From the IMG/VR virus record IMGVR_UViG_3300010278_000003: a stretch of 64,000 nt of DNA. One strand, written 5' to 3'. Position numbers and translations under genes: made by a program. This document shows positions 53,449-63,329 of the stretch, one piece after another. The notes beneath the pieces were generated by a model. The model was given only the letters and a program-made list of their open reading frames with translations, had not been told where the DNA came from and did no database searches. The stretch's first letter is position 1; every line of letters begins with the position of its first letter. Origin of the DNA: a virus.

Positions 53449-53529
53449 TACAGCTAACCAGACTCGAACTGGTACGGAATATCCGGTGGATTTTAAGTCC
53501 ACTGCGTCTACCAATTACGCCATAGCTGT
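53449..53529 (-). tRNA. tRNA-Leu(TAA)
   Basis: ACAGCTA/TAGCTGT acceptor, GTGGA-CT-TAA-AA-TCCAC anticodon arm, long variable arm, GTTCGAGTC. Confidence 0.9.
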
Positions 53530-53565
53530 ACAAAAAATAAAAGAGGGGACATGCCCCTCTTAAAA

Positions 53566-54198
53566 TTAAAATCCAAACTCTTTGAGCAAATTTGATATAA
53601 GTACTTCATCCATATCTTCAGAAGTGTAAAACGAATACCCATAATAATTATTTCCTTCTGATCTGCTTGCAGAAAAACCATGAAGTTTTCCATCTTTGTC
53701 TTTACTAATATTTACAGCAGAATCTTTTTTACGTTCATTACACTTATCACATTTACATGATACATTATGTGTATTATATTCACTGTTATCATCGTTTGTA
53801 AAGTCGTCAGCATCATAAGTAAAAGCAACCATATTAGCACCTTTATTTCTAATGATAAACTTAGAGTTTACATCATTGTGTACATAAATAATATTATTTT
53901 CAGCATAAATATAATTGCCACCGTATTTTGCTGTCTGACACCGAATATCACCTGCGGAATCTATTGATATAATATATTCGTCTTCATATCCATCAACTTC
54001 AGGTGAATCAATCTCAATATTATAAAATCTAAATTTAGTTCTTTTAACAAGTTCATTAAGAAGTTCAATGATAATTTCGTAGTGACCAACAATACTTACA
54101 CCAAAGAAATCTTCTTCGTTTTTATATTTATAAGCGTAATAATCTTCAACAATATTCTCAATTAGTGTTTCAGGACAATCGTAAAAATTTGTTCTCAT
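53566..54198 (-). CDS. Acidic hypothetical protein
   Basis: 210-aa ORF with RBS; terminator at ~53531-53560. Confidence 0.65.
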   Translation of the reverse strand: MRTNFYDCPETLIENIVEDYYAYKYKNEEDFFGVSIVGHYEIIIELLNELVKRTKFRFYNIEIDSPEVDGYEDEYIISIDSAGDIRCQTAKYGGNYIYAENNIIYVHNDVNSKFIIRNKGANMVAFTYDADDFTNDDNSEYNTHNVSCKCDKCNERKKDSAVNISKDKDGKLHGFSASRSEGNNYYGYSFYTSEDMDEVLISNLLKEFGF

Positions 54199-54212
54199 TA
54201 TTTTTCACCGCC

Positions 54213-54509
54213 TTAAACTTCAAGTGTAGCAATATTATCTTTCATAGTTTCTGAAGGTTTAAATCTTACAACTTTTTTATCTGGTGAAACATATTTTTCA
54301 CCTTTCTTTTCACCAAAATTAATGTAACCAACACGTCCACCCTGAGTTACAATATTAAAATTACCAAAACCGTAAACACTAACACTTTCGCCACTCTCAA
54401 GAGTTTCTTTAATTACCTCAAAAATTGTATTAACCATCAATCTTGTGTCTTTTATTGTTGCACCTTCTATGCAACCTGCAACTTTCCTAGTGAGCTGTTC
54501 TCTGTTCAT
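54213..54509 (-). CDS. HU-family DNA-binding protein
   Basis: MNREQL...GESVSVYGFGNF...VVRFKPSETMKD. Confidence 0.9.
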   Translation of the reverse strand: MNREQLTRKVAGCIEGATIKDTRLMVNTIFEVIKETLESGESVSVYGFGNFNIVTQGGRVGYINFGEKKGEKYVSPDKKVVRFKPSETMKDNIATLEV

Positions 54510-54659
54510 TTTTATTTTTCTCCTTTTAATCCATATTTTCCAAACAAAAAAGGGGTAGAATTTGTCTACCACCTAACCGATGCTTTATAATCTTTCACCC
54601 AGATATTGTGATCAAACTCTTATATTGATTGTATTTCTTGGTGACTGATGAGCTTATTT

Positions 54660-55631
54660 TTAATTTAAAGTTTTTATATGTGTTTTTCCGTCAATTACAT
54701 GTCCATCCTTATCAAGACATATAATCATGAAGCCTTCTTTCTGGGAGTTGATTAACTGTCCGTCATTGTATCTCATTTTATTTGTCTCACAACAACATCC
54801 TTGTTCATAAATCATTGTGTTACCAATTTTATACGAGCCTGTCCTATGAGTATGCCCTAACGTGATAGCTCTGAACGAATATCCTTCGTTCCTAAACCAA
54901 TATAATGCCTTTTCCGCAGTTTTTAACGGACTACTTGAAAATGCTTTCGGATGACAAAATAAAACATCCTTATATTGTGAAAACCATGTTCCCGTATAGG
55001 TAATTTCTATATCATTGAACATATCACATAAAGGTGCATATTTTGTTTTTGTTCCAGTTTTTCTATCATAATGAGTAAAACCATCTGTAAAAATATAATC
55101 CAAAGCAGTTTCTGGCATTAATTCTTGTAATTCGTTATCTAAATTACGTGCTAAAAATGTTCCAAGTCGTAAATCATGGTTTCCGTGATTGACAAGAACT
55201 TTCTTAGGATTAATCATTTCAATTAAATCAATCAAATATTGTCGTACTCCAATTAATTCTTCGATAGGGGATACTCTATACATTTTTAAAAACTTAGACA
55301 AGGAGGTACAATCTATTAAATCTCCATTTAGTTGCAAAATATCTATCTTATTAGCATAATCTTTAAATGTATCTATAGGTTTAGCAAAAGGGTAGTGTAA
55401 ATCAGATATTGATAATATAGTTGTAGCTACACCCTCATATCCATTAATATAATTGTCATATTCCCAATAACCAACAGCCTGTTTTCTAAGCTGATCAGGA
55501 TTAATAGACAATCCAAGCATATCTCTGATTTCTACCCAATCCATATCTGTTTCTTTACGTTTTTTAGCAAGGCAACATCTTAATTTCCATTCAAAGTCTG
55601 TTTCGCCTTCTAATCTATATAAGTCAACTAT
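54660..55631 (-). CDS. Calcineurin-like metallophosphoesterase (probable ATA start at 55631)
   Basis: SDLH, NGDLID, GNHD, GHTH; frame open upstream to RBS AAGGTGGTG. Confidence 0.85.
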   Translation of the reverse strand: MVDLYRLEGETDFEWKLRCCLAKKRKETDMDWVEIRDMLGLSINPDQLRKQAVGYWEYDNYINGYEGVATTILSISDLHYPFAKPIDTFKDYANKIDILQLNGDLIDCTSLSKFLKMYRVSPIEELIGVRQYLIDLIEMINPKKVLVNHGNHDLRLGTFLARNLDNELQELMPETALDYIFTDGFTHYDRKTGTKTKYAPLCDMFNDIEITYTGTWFSQYKDVLFCHPKAFSSSPLKTAEKALYWFRNEGYSFRAITLGHTHRTGSYKIGNTMIYEQGCCCETNKMRYNDGQLINSQKEGFMIICLDKDGHVIDGKTHIKTLN

Positions 55632-55645
55632 AATTAAACACCACC

Positions 55646-55906
55646 TTAGTTGATGTCAGGATATTCTATTTCCGTATCCTCGTCTTCATCAGTAGGTTCA
55701 ATCTCAAGGTCTTCACTTGCTTTTTCAGAAATTGCAATATCAATTTCTTTCCCTGTAAATGGTGCAAAACAATCCGTTATCTTAATTTCTCTTTCTACAT
55801 CATCTTCGTCAAAATATGTAATTGTTTTTCCATCTTCGGAAAGTGTTCCTTTAATAGTCATCTTGCTTACGATTGTTTTATTATAATTTAATTTTGATTT
55901 TGCCAT
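55646..55906 (-). CDS. Small acidic protein (YonK-like position)
   Basis: MTIKGTL...EIDIAISEK; synteny. Confidence 0.5.
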   Translation of the reverse strand: MAKSKLNYNKTIVSKMTIKGTLSEDGKTITYFDEDDVEREIKITDCFAPFTGKEIDIAISEKASEDLEIEPTDEDEDTEIEYPDIN

Positions 55907-55964
55907 TTTTTATTTTCCTTTCAATCCATCTATTCCAAAAAAATAGGGAGTAGAATGCTCCCTT

Positions 55965-56603
55965 TTAAATTATTGTAGTAATATTAGTAACTACTTCATT
56001 TATGATTCCATATTTTAAAAGTTCATCACTTGATAAATACCAATCTTTATTCCTGTTCTTATTAAAAGTTTTTTCATCAATATTGGTATTAGCAAGAATA
56101 TACGACTTCATTTGCTCAATCTGTTTCTTATAATTCTTTTGAGCCTCTTCAATTTGTTCTGCTGTTCCCTGAAAAGCAGCAGATCCCGAATGTACCAACA
56201 TAGAAGTATGTTCAAATGCAAAGCGTTTATGTCCAGATAAGAAGATTAAAAATCCTGCTGACATTGCTACTCCCATTCCAATGGTGATAATTGGTATTCT
56301 GCTCGCTTTTACAAGATCACAAAAGAAAAGTGACTGTTCAATGTCTCCTCCGTAACTATGTATAAAAAGTCGAATAGGTAACGGATTAGGAATATCTTTT
56401 TCCTCAATATTTATTTGAATAATAATTTTTGCAAGTTCTACAAGAGAATAATCTTCATCAATTTCATAATCAATATAAAAAGTTCTGTTTTTTCTATCTT
56501 TCCAATAAGTATATTCTTCTGGACTTGGTAAATCCTTATCTTTTAATTCACCAATCAAAGGTATTTCCATTAATTCCATAGGCATTTGTACCTGTTCTTT
56601 CAT
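55965..56603 (-). CDS. ClpP-like serine protease
   Basis: HSYGGD, AMSAG (Ser), LVHSG (His), KDWYLSSDE..KYGIIN (Asp). Confidence 0.85.
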   Translation of the reverse strand: MKEQVQMPMELMEIPLIGELKDKDLPSPEEYTYWKDRKNRTFYIDYEIDEDYSLVELAKIIIQINIEEKDIPNPLPIRLFIHSYGGDIEQSLFFCDLVKASRIPIITIGMGVAMSAGFLIFLSGHKRFAFEHTSMLVHSGSAAFQGTAEQIEEAQKNYKKQIEQMKSYILANTNIDEKTFNKNRNKDWYLSSDELLKYGIINEVVTNITTII

Positions 56604-56624
56604 AATATTTACTCACTTTGAGCA

Positions 56625-58064
56625 TTAGATTCTTGCAACAGTATCTTTATTTGTTGCTACAACTTTTGTTGTTTTAGAGATTTTTGAAATTCTATTTTCT
56701 AATTCTTCTTTAAACTTAATTTTGTTTTTATCACCATGAACCAACCAAATTACATCACAACCATTGTTTGCTAAATTAGTGTAATAGTTTTGTAAATCTT
56801 CGAACTGCATATGTGAGCTAAACGAATCTAAGCATTTAATATCACAGCGATTGTAATATGGTTTTTGGTCTATGGTAATTGTTTTTTGAGATGGGTTATT
56901 TTTTATTTTCCAACCAATACCACCTTCAGCCATATAACCACAAGTTAAAATGGAACAATTACTTCTTGGTAATATCTTTTTTAAATATAAAATACTACGT
57001 CCCTGTGTTAACATGCCTGATGATGAGCATACTATTTTGGGACTGTCATCTGCTACACAAGCTATGCTTTCCTCAACTGTACGTATAACTTTTATATTTT
57101 TCCATGACATCATTCTATTAAATTCTTCAAGCCAATAACCCTCCAAGTTGTTTCTAAAACAATCAAGTAATTTAACTGCAAGAGGGGAGTCAACAATTAT
57201 TGGAATGTTAAATTCTTTATCATCTTTAAATATATTCCAAAGTGTATACAGCATTGTTTCTGTTCGTTGTAGCGCAAAAGTGGGAATAAGAACTATTCCT
57301 TTATGATCAACACATGTTTGTGTAATGACATTCTTTATTGTTTCTATGTCTTTTTTTCGTTGATCCTTTTTTACGGATCTTCTTTTATCATTGTAAGTCG
57401 TTTCACCAATAAACATAGAACATTTTACAACAGGTGATAGTTCTTCAACAAAAGGTTGTTCGAATAAAATATTTCCTAAATCGCCTGAATAAGCAATTTT
57501 TTTAATAACCCCAGAGGGCAATTTGATGTATAGTTCTATTTGACAAGAGCCAAAAATATGACCTGCATTTATAAATTTAAACCATACATTTTCTGTGATA
57601 TAATGTTCTTCGTTTTTTGAACATCCACGAAAATATTTAAGTGAGTTTTCAACATCATCAAAGTTGTAAACTGGGATATGTTCACGCTTAAATTTTCTGT
57701 TAAATGCTTGTACATCTCTTTCAAATATTTTTGCAGAGTCTTCTAACATAGGTCTAACAAAGTCAATAGTTTCTGCTGAAATATAAAAGTTGCAATGTGC
57801 TCCGTCATGAACTAATTTTGGAAGTAGAGCATAATGATCTGCGTTAATGTGAGATATTATAACTGCTGTAAGTTCTGAAGGCTTAAAATCAAATTTTCGT
57901 CTATTAATTTTATAGTCTTCATAAGGTTTTGAAGTTTGATAAATACCACAATCCAAAAGAATTTTTTCTCCTGTTGGACATTCGATCAAATAACTACTTC
58001 CAGTTACATCACATGATGACATTCCCACGCACTTAACAGTTACTTTATCTTTTTTCTTTCCAAT
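56625..58064 (-). CDS. MBL-fold beta-CASP ribonuclease (probable ATT start at 58064)
   Basis: VTGSSY, LLDCG, SHINADH, AGHIFGS, SGDLG, ETTY, FSSH, LVHGD. Confidence 0.85.
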   Translation of the reverse strand: MGKKKDKVTVKCVGMSSCDVTGSSYLIECPTGEKILLDCGIYQTSKPYEDYKINRRKFDFKPSELTAVIISHINADHYALLPKLVHDGAHCNFYISAETIDFVRPMLEDSAKIFERDVQAFNRKFKREHIPVYNFDDVENSLKYFRGCSKNEEHYITENVWFKFINAGHIFGSCQIELYIKLPSGVIKKIAYSGDLGNILFEQPFVEELSPVVKCSMFIGETTYNDKRRSVKKDQRKKDIETIKNVITQTCVDHKGIVLIPTFALQRTETMLYTLWNIFKDDKEFNIPIIVDSPLAVKLLDCFRNNLEGYWLEEFNRMMSWKNIKVIRTVEESIACVADDSPKIVCSSSGMLTQGRSILYLKKILPRSNCSILTCGYMAEGGIGWKIKNNPSQKTITIDQKPYYNRCDIKCLDSFSSHMQFEDLQNYYTNLANNGCDVIWLVHGDKNKIKFKEELENRISKISKTTKVVATNKDTVARI

Positions 58065-58094
58065 AAGGCATTCAACCTTTCAATATGTATTTTT

Positions 58095-58292
58095 TTACTT
58101 TTTCTTTTTCTTGTTACTATCAGAAAAATATCTTTCTGTCACTAAATTTTCTTTATACTGTTTCAGCACATCAAGATTTTCTTTAGTCGAAACCATATAA
58201 TGTTTGTGATAATGACAGTGCATACCAGCAAATTCAGTTACCGGTAAAACCTTTCTTAAAGCTTTATATTCTGTTTCTGTAATCGGAATTAT
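58095..58292 (-). CDS. Small basic protein (65 aa, probable ATA start)
   Basis: RBS GAAAGGTGG, then ATA ATT CCG...; frame open to TAA at 58095; not in the ORF track. Confidence 0.5.
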   Translation of the reverse strand: MIPITETEYKALRKVLPVTEFAGMHCHYHKHYMVSTKENLDVLKQYKENLVTERYFSDSNKKKKK

Positions 58293-58335
58293 AGTAATTC
58301 CACCTTTCGTTTAAAATTTCCCAAATGGGATTGAA

Positions 58336-58407
58336 CAGGGTGTACAGGATTCGAACCTGTGCATATAGGAGTCAAATTCCTAGGTCTTTCCGCTTGACGA
58401 ACACCCT
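58336..58407 (-). tRNA. tRNA-Gln(TTG)
   Basis: AGGGTGT/ACACCCT acceptor, TAGGA-AT-TTG-AC-TCCTA anticodon arm, GGTTCGAATCC. Confidence 0.85.
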
Positions 58408-59094
58408 ATAATAAGAAACGCTCCGAGTGTTAATAACTCGGAGGTTAAAAAAAAAGAGAGATTTACCCGTAAAAGGGTTTTGATTTGTATACTGCCCGTA
58501 TAGGGCTTTGTAATAAAAGTTTATAAAGGAGGGTAATGCAAACAAAAATACATCACCAAGAGAAGCATATTTAGAATTGTGAATACTTATGTATATTTAT
58601 AACGTTATTATTTTTGTATGTCACAATATTTAATCTATAATAAGAAAATTGAGATATCCTTTCATAATTTCAACCAATTTGACCAATATAATATGAAAGA
58701 TATTTTATTTTTTTCTGTAATTAATTTGAAACCTTTTAAGAGAATAGAGGTGCTGTTTACACCAACATACATTAAAAGTGATTGACGAATTGAATATTGA
58801 ATTACGAATTTTCAAATTGACGAATTAGCAAATTGTTGAAATTGTGAGAGAATGATTAACGTTTACGACTAACGTACTATTATTTGTTCTAAATTAAATT
58901 TTAAGTCTATTAGATTTAATATTTTCCTCTTGAATAAATATAATATAAAAGTATGTAAACTTGCGTAAGCATTAATATTTTTTGATATTTCTGGCATATC
59001 TGCCTCGCAGCCTTATAGTTCATCTGCGACTGAACCGATTGACAATTAATCAGTCAATCTCAATTTTCCTATTGACAATTTTACAAAGTAGGGA

Positions 59095-59703
59095 TTAACC
59101 TACAATATCTTCTAAAGAATCAGACAAATCCCAAATAGGTTCATAATCTACTTCAGTGGTTGCCTGAATAGCATCTATCTTTATAGATACGTCATCTGTT
59201 TCTTTTTGAAGCTTCTTTGAAATACCTCTAACATCATTTCTATCAAAATTGATAGTTGTGACATTATCTATATCATAGTAATAAGCTACCTGATTTCCGT
59301 CTGTATTAAATTTGTATCCAGAACCTCTGGAAACTGTTTCTGAAGGTTTAGTTTTAGTCATCGAGCTAAGAACGCCAATATATCCCTGTTTAATTCTGTT
59401 CATTTCAATTGAAGAATCTATATTAATTTCAGCATTCTTTTTAGCAGTATCAATAGCATTTGTAAGTTTCTGTTTTTCTACTAATGCTTTGTTGATAAAT
59501 TCTATAAGCTGCATAGGCGTAAAATCAACATTATAAGATGTTTTAACAACCATAACTTCATCTTCTGCTTCAGGATTTACTTTCTTACGATTATGTGTCT
59601 GTGTTGTCTCTGTGATAAAATCTTTTTTACAAAGATAACCTTCAGCAGATGAAATGAGATTGCTTAAATAATTCTGATAACGGTAAGCTTCTTTAAGTAT
59701 CAT
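59095..59703 (-). CDS. Coiled-coil protein (MILKEAYRYQN...)
   Basis: Strong RBS AAAGGAG; long helical segments. Confidence 0.7.
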   Translation of the reverse strand: MILKEAYRYQNYLSNLISSAEGYLCKKDFITETTQTHNRKKVNPEAEDEVMVVKTSYNVDFTPMQLIEFINKALVEKQKLTNAIDTAKKNAEINIDSSIEMNRIKQGYIGVLSSMTKTKPSETVSRGSGYKFNTDGNQVAYYYDIDNVTTINFDRNDVRGISKKLQKETDDVSIKIDAIQATTEVDYEPIWDLSDSLEDIVG

Positions 59704-60019
59704 ATTTATTCTCCTTTTAATCCAATTAATAGTTTATTATTATATTTATATATTCGCTTTTCTTTTACAAAAATCAGCTCTTACAACAACCTGTTTATAA
59801 ACGTTTTTATTTATTTTTTTAAAATATACTTGCAATGTCAAAATGACACTGCAAGCTACAAAGATTGTCGGTTTGTTTCTTCCAAGACAATCGTTTTTGT
59901 ATCAAGTTTTTATTTATTTTCACTATACCTACATTTAAGAAAAAACAAATTTTTGTGAAAAAGTGCTGAAAAGCCAGTAAAATCAAGGGTTTGGGACAGA
60001 TTCTATTTCGCTACAAAAA

Positions 60020-60778
60020 TCAGTTTCTTAGTAATTTTGCACAAATTCTTTTGCGATTTTTCTCGTTTTCTTCAGCACATTGTGTGCAATACATTTTTTT
60101 GTTACCAGTATCCTTTATCTTTTTTCCACAACATTTGCACTGTTTATATCCTTTTTTAAAGTTTCCTATGTACTGATTGCCAATGTTTTCGAAAGAGGTG
60201 AGTTTATAGGCGATAGTGCCGGGAGAGGAAAGAGGAACACGGATATTGAGATTGTCAATTTTCTTACCAAAACTGATGTAACCATTAATATATAATTCGT
60301 GAAGTAACTCATTTTTCTTATCAGATGGAAGTGTTACATTAGCAAGTTTGAATACTTCGGACAAACCTTTTAAATTCTTCTTGTTTATCCATCCGTCACA
60401 ATTCATATATCTTGCTATAGCAAATAGGGTAAACATAAACTTTTTTTGACGGTCATTTGGAAGGGTTTCTATAAGGGACAATTCTTCTTCATAAATAGGA
60501 ATATATTCGAGTTCTCTAAAAAGATTTTCTGTTTCTAACTCATATAAAGCTGTACATGATTTTTTAATTTTTTTATAATACTTATACTCTTGGTATCCAT
60601 CCAAATTAAATTCAAGCATTTTTTCTTTAACAGTATTAATAAGTTCATTTGCTTCTTTATTTTTATCAAAATAATATTTCGCAATTAAGGTTATCAAATA
60701 TCCATTGGATAAATCATCAGGTTTGTTTTTAGAGGCAAGTATGTTTCTAATATAATCTCTTTCGTTTAATATATACAG
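60020..60778 (-). CDS. Protein with C-terminal zinc finger, downstream of the RNA polymerase (probable CTG start at 60778)
   Basis: CKCCG...YCTQC; frame open upstream to GGATGGTG...CTG, overlapping the RNAP stop. Confidence 0.65.
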   Translation of the reverse strand: MYILNERDYIRNILASKNKPDDLSNGYLITLIAKYYFDKNKEANELINTVKEKMLEFNLDGYQEYKYYKKIKKSCTALYELETENLFRELEYIPIYEEELSLIETLPNDRQKKFMFTLFAIARYMNCDGWINKKNLKGLSEVFKLANVTLPSDKKNELLHELYINGYISFGKKIDNLNIRVPLSSPGTIAYKLTSFENIGNQYIGNFKKGYKQCKCCGKKIKDTGNKKMYCTQCAEENEKNRKRICAKLLRN

Positions 60779-63288
60779 TTTTCTTCACCATCCATTTCTT
60801 TCAATTCTTCTAAACGTTTAATTATCAATTTCCCAATACAATCCCAACAAAACTGTCTATTTCCCTTGTAGCCATAGGTCATATCAAGTATTATATTCAT
60901 ACGTTCATCATCATTAGGACATATTTCTGCTGCTTCGTTTCTAAATTTTTTAATCATATTAACTCTTTGATAATACCTATCAAATTCATCCTGTTTGTCT
61001 TTTCTTGCCTTATATTGTTTTATACATTCACAATAATACTGCTCTAATTCCTTTAAAGCTTGTCTATGTTCTTCAGTACAGCGTCTTTTTACTTTTAATT
61101 TGTTATAATCAAACGTAGAATTTTTATGTAATTGTGATTTATAGCCATCCAATTGACTTTCAACATATCTACATATTTTATTCATAGAACAATTGCCTAT
61201 ACCAACGGGCATTTTTCGTTCATACCAAAATAAAAATTCTTTTTGTTCGTCTGTCAAATTTTCTTTTTCACTTAATTCTTGAATAGAACATTTATAAATT
61301 GCATAACACTTTGCGTTACTTTCTTTTACATACTGTTTATATTGTTTTTTTGTTTCATCATAAACATAAATCATAAAATATGGCTTTCTATAAGCGCATA
61401 AAGACTGTAGACGTTTATCATCACCACAAGCACCGAGATTATACCAATATGCTGGCATAGGAGTTGCAACAATCCCTTTTATACGATCCAGCTCATTCTG
61501 CTGAAACAACTGTCCACATTCAATTCTATACTCCAACTCTTTGTATTCTTCAGAATTTTTTTCAAAATGTGATTGAACTTCCATCATAGAAGTAACATAG
61601 TTTGTAATAGTACCAACTTGATTACCCATACCATCCTTGTTTGTTTTCTTTACAGCACTTTCAGTTACTACAATTTTTTCTGTATTACGCTGTATACATT
61701 CAATAGCAGGTAAATATCTATAACGTCTTTTAAGCACAGGATTGTTAGTGGAAAAATTAAGATCTGAATCGTAATCTTCACCATTCTCAGCCATACAGAA
61801 TGAATCCCAACCATTAATAATTATTATAGTGTCCATGTATTGATACCAATATTTACACTCGTCCGAAGAGTTTATCTTACACATTCTTATATTATTATGA
61901 CTTGTCATTGGGCTTCTAAACACAACTACTTCGTCTTCATTTTTATTAATCCAGAATTTTGAATATATCTCATCAGATTTTAACAATCCAGTAACCTTTA
62001 AACCACAAATTGATTGCATAAGAGCAAATGGATCTCCACTTGCGATTTGGTAATTACCTTTTACAAACAATTTTCCAATCTTGGCATCATTCATTTTTTT
62101 CTTAATATATCTATGTGTGGAGTCTATTATATATGGATCGCCAAGCATATATTCACTTGTATACAAGGCTCTTTGCCATGAGTTAACATCAGTATTTTCA
62201 TTAATTCCAAGAAATTTGATAGTTGAGTTATAATCTCCACACATAGCATCTTTTAGATAATTAATAGTTGGAGCACATAGTTCTTCTATATCTTCTTGCG
62301 TAAAATCATAAGACTGTAAATATTGATAGTTTAACTCTCTTTCCTCTTCAAGAACATGAGATGAAATTTTAGTAACTGAAAAGCCATAACCACACTCTCT
62401 ATAAGCTGTAACATAATCTTCTATACAATCATACGCACTCCATAATTTAAGAGAAGATTCCGTTAATATCATTTCACATTTACGTAAGTCCTGTGTATTG
62501 CCCCAAATATCTTCAATCATATAATTTCCATTATTATATTTTTCAATAAATTCATAAATTGGAAAAGGGTAAAGCATTCCTTTTAACCATGCATTTCTTA
62601 AGCATACACCACTTGGAGTATATGTAAGATTTAATGACCTTCCGACTCTTTCCATATATTGAATTGTACAAAGATTAAAACCATCAGATATATTATTTTC
62701 AAGCGTTTTATCATGAATAATTTCACGTTTTGGTTCTTCGCCACTACTGTCATCAAGTGAAATAACATCAGCTATATATTCTGCTATACAATCTTTAACA
62801 ACCAAAATACCATTTGGTTCACAGATAGGCTGTGAAGCAGAGCAGGTTAGAGCTTTATATGCTTCATATTTTGCAGGTACTAATTTTATTTCAGGGTTTC
62901 TTTTGCATTCGCATAATTCGTTTAATTTATCAATATATTCAGAATTGCAAAAGAGTAGGGTATTATTTTTTAAACCACCTGTAGTCCCAACAAAACGTCT
63001 ATAATTAATACCATTTACTATTACTTCTTTTTTACCAGTAGCCCTTGTAAAATCTGTTTTTGTATCTATTACAACTTGAAGAAAAATTTTAGAAAAGTCT
63101 ATATCTTGAATGTTTTTATGTAGTATTTTATTTGCCATTATTAAAAAATGTCTTCCTTCAAACAGCGAAATAAGTTCCTGATACTTAAAAGCTTCTTTTG
63201 CAGAAATTGTTAAATTCCAATTAGAATATTTTAATTTGTTTGTTCCAATTTTGAAAATTTCATATTGAGGTACGCTAATTCCAGCCAT
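60766..63288 (-). CDS. YonO-like single-subunit DNA-dependent RNA polymerase (cellular RdRP-like fold)
   Basis: 840 aa; KYEAYKALTCS, ISDG, LRNAWLKGM, LNYQYLQ, FRSP, catalytic DYDSD, QNELDRIKG; upstream of an SPbeta-type late operon. Confidence 0.85.
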   Translation of the reverse strand: MAGISVPQYEIFKIGTNKLKYSNWNLTISAKEAFKYQELISLFEGRHFLIMANKILHKNIQDIDFSKIFLQVVIDTKTDFTRATGKKEVIVNGINYRRFVGTTGGLKNNTLLFCNSEYIDKLNELCECKRNPEIKLVPAKYEAYKALTCSASQPICEPNGILVVKDCIAEYIADVISLDDSSGEEPKREIIHDKTLENNISDGFNLCTIQYMERVGRSLNLTYTPSGVCLRNAWLKGMLYPFPIYEFIEKYNNGNYMIEDIWGNTQDLRKCEMILTESSLKLWSAYDCIEDYVTAYRECGYGFSVTKISSHVLEEERELNYQYLQSYDFTQEDIEELCAPTINYLKDAMCGDYNSTIKFLGINENTDVNSWQRALYTSEYMLGDPYIIDSTHRYIKKKMNDAKIGKLFVKGNYQIASGDPFALMQSICGLKVTGLLKSDEIYSKFWINKNEDEVVVFRSPMTSHNNIRMCKINSSDECKYWYQYMDTIIIINGWDSFCMAENGEDYDSDLNFSTNNPVLKRRYRYLPAIECIQRNTEKIVVTESAVKKTNKDGMGNQVGTITNYVTSMMEVQSHFEKNSEEYKELEYRIECGQLFQQNELDRIKGIVATPMPAYWYNLGACGDDKRLQSLCAYRKPYFMIYVYDETKKQYKQYVKESNAKCYAIYKCSIQELSEKENLTDEQKEFLFWYERKMPVGIGNCSMNKICRYVESQLDGYKSQLHKNSTFDYNKLKVKRRCTEEHRQALKELEQYYCECIKQYKARKDKQDEFDRYYQRVNMIKKFRNEAAEICPNDDERMNIILDMTYGYKGNRQFCWDCIGKLIIKRLEELKEMDGEENCIY

Positions 63289-63329
63289 AAATCCTCCTTT
63301 TAACTATATATGTATTTTGTTTATTATTT

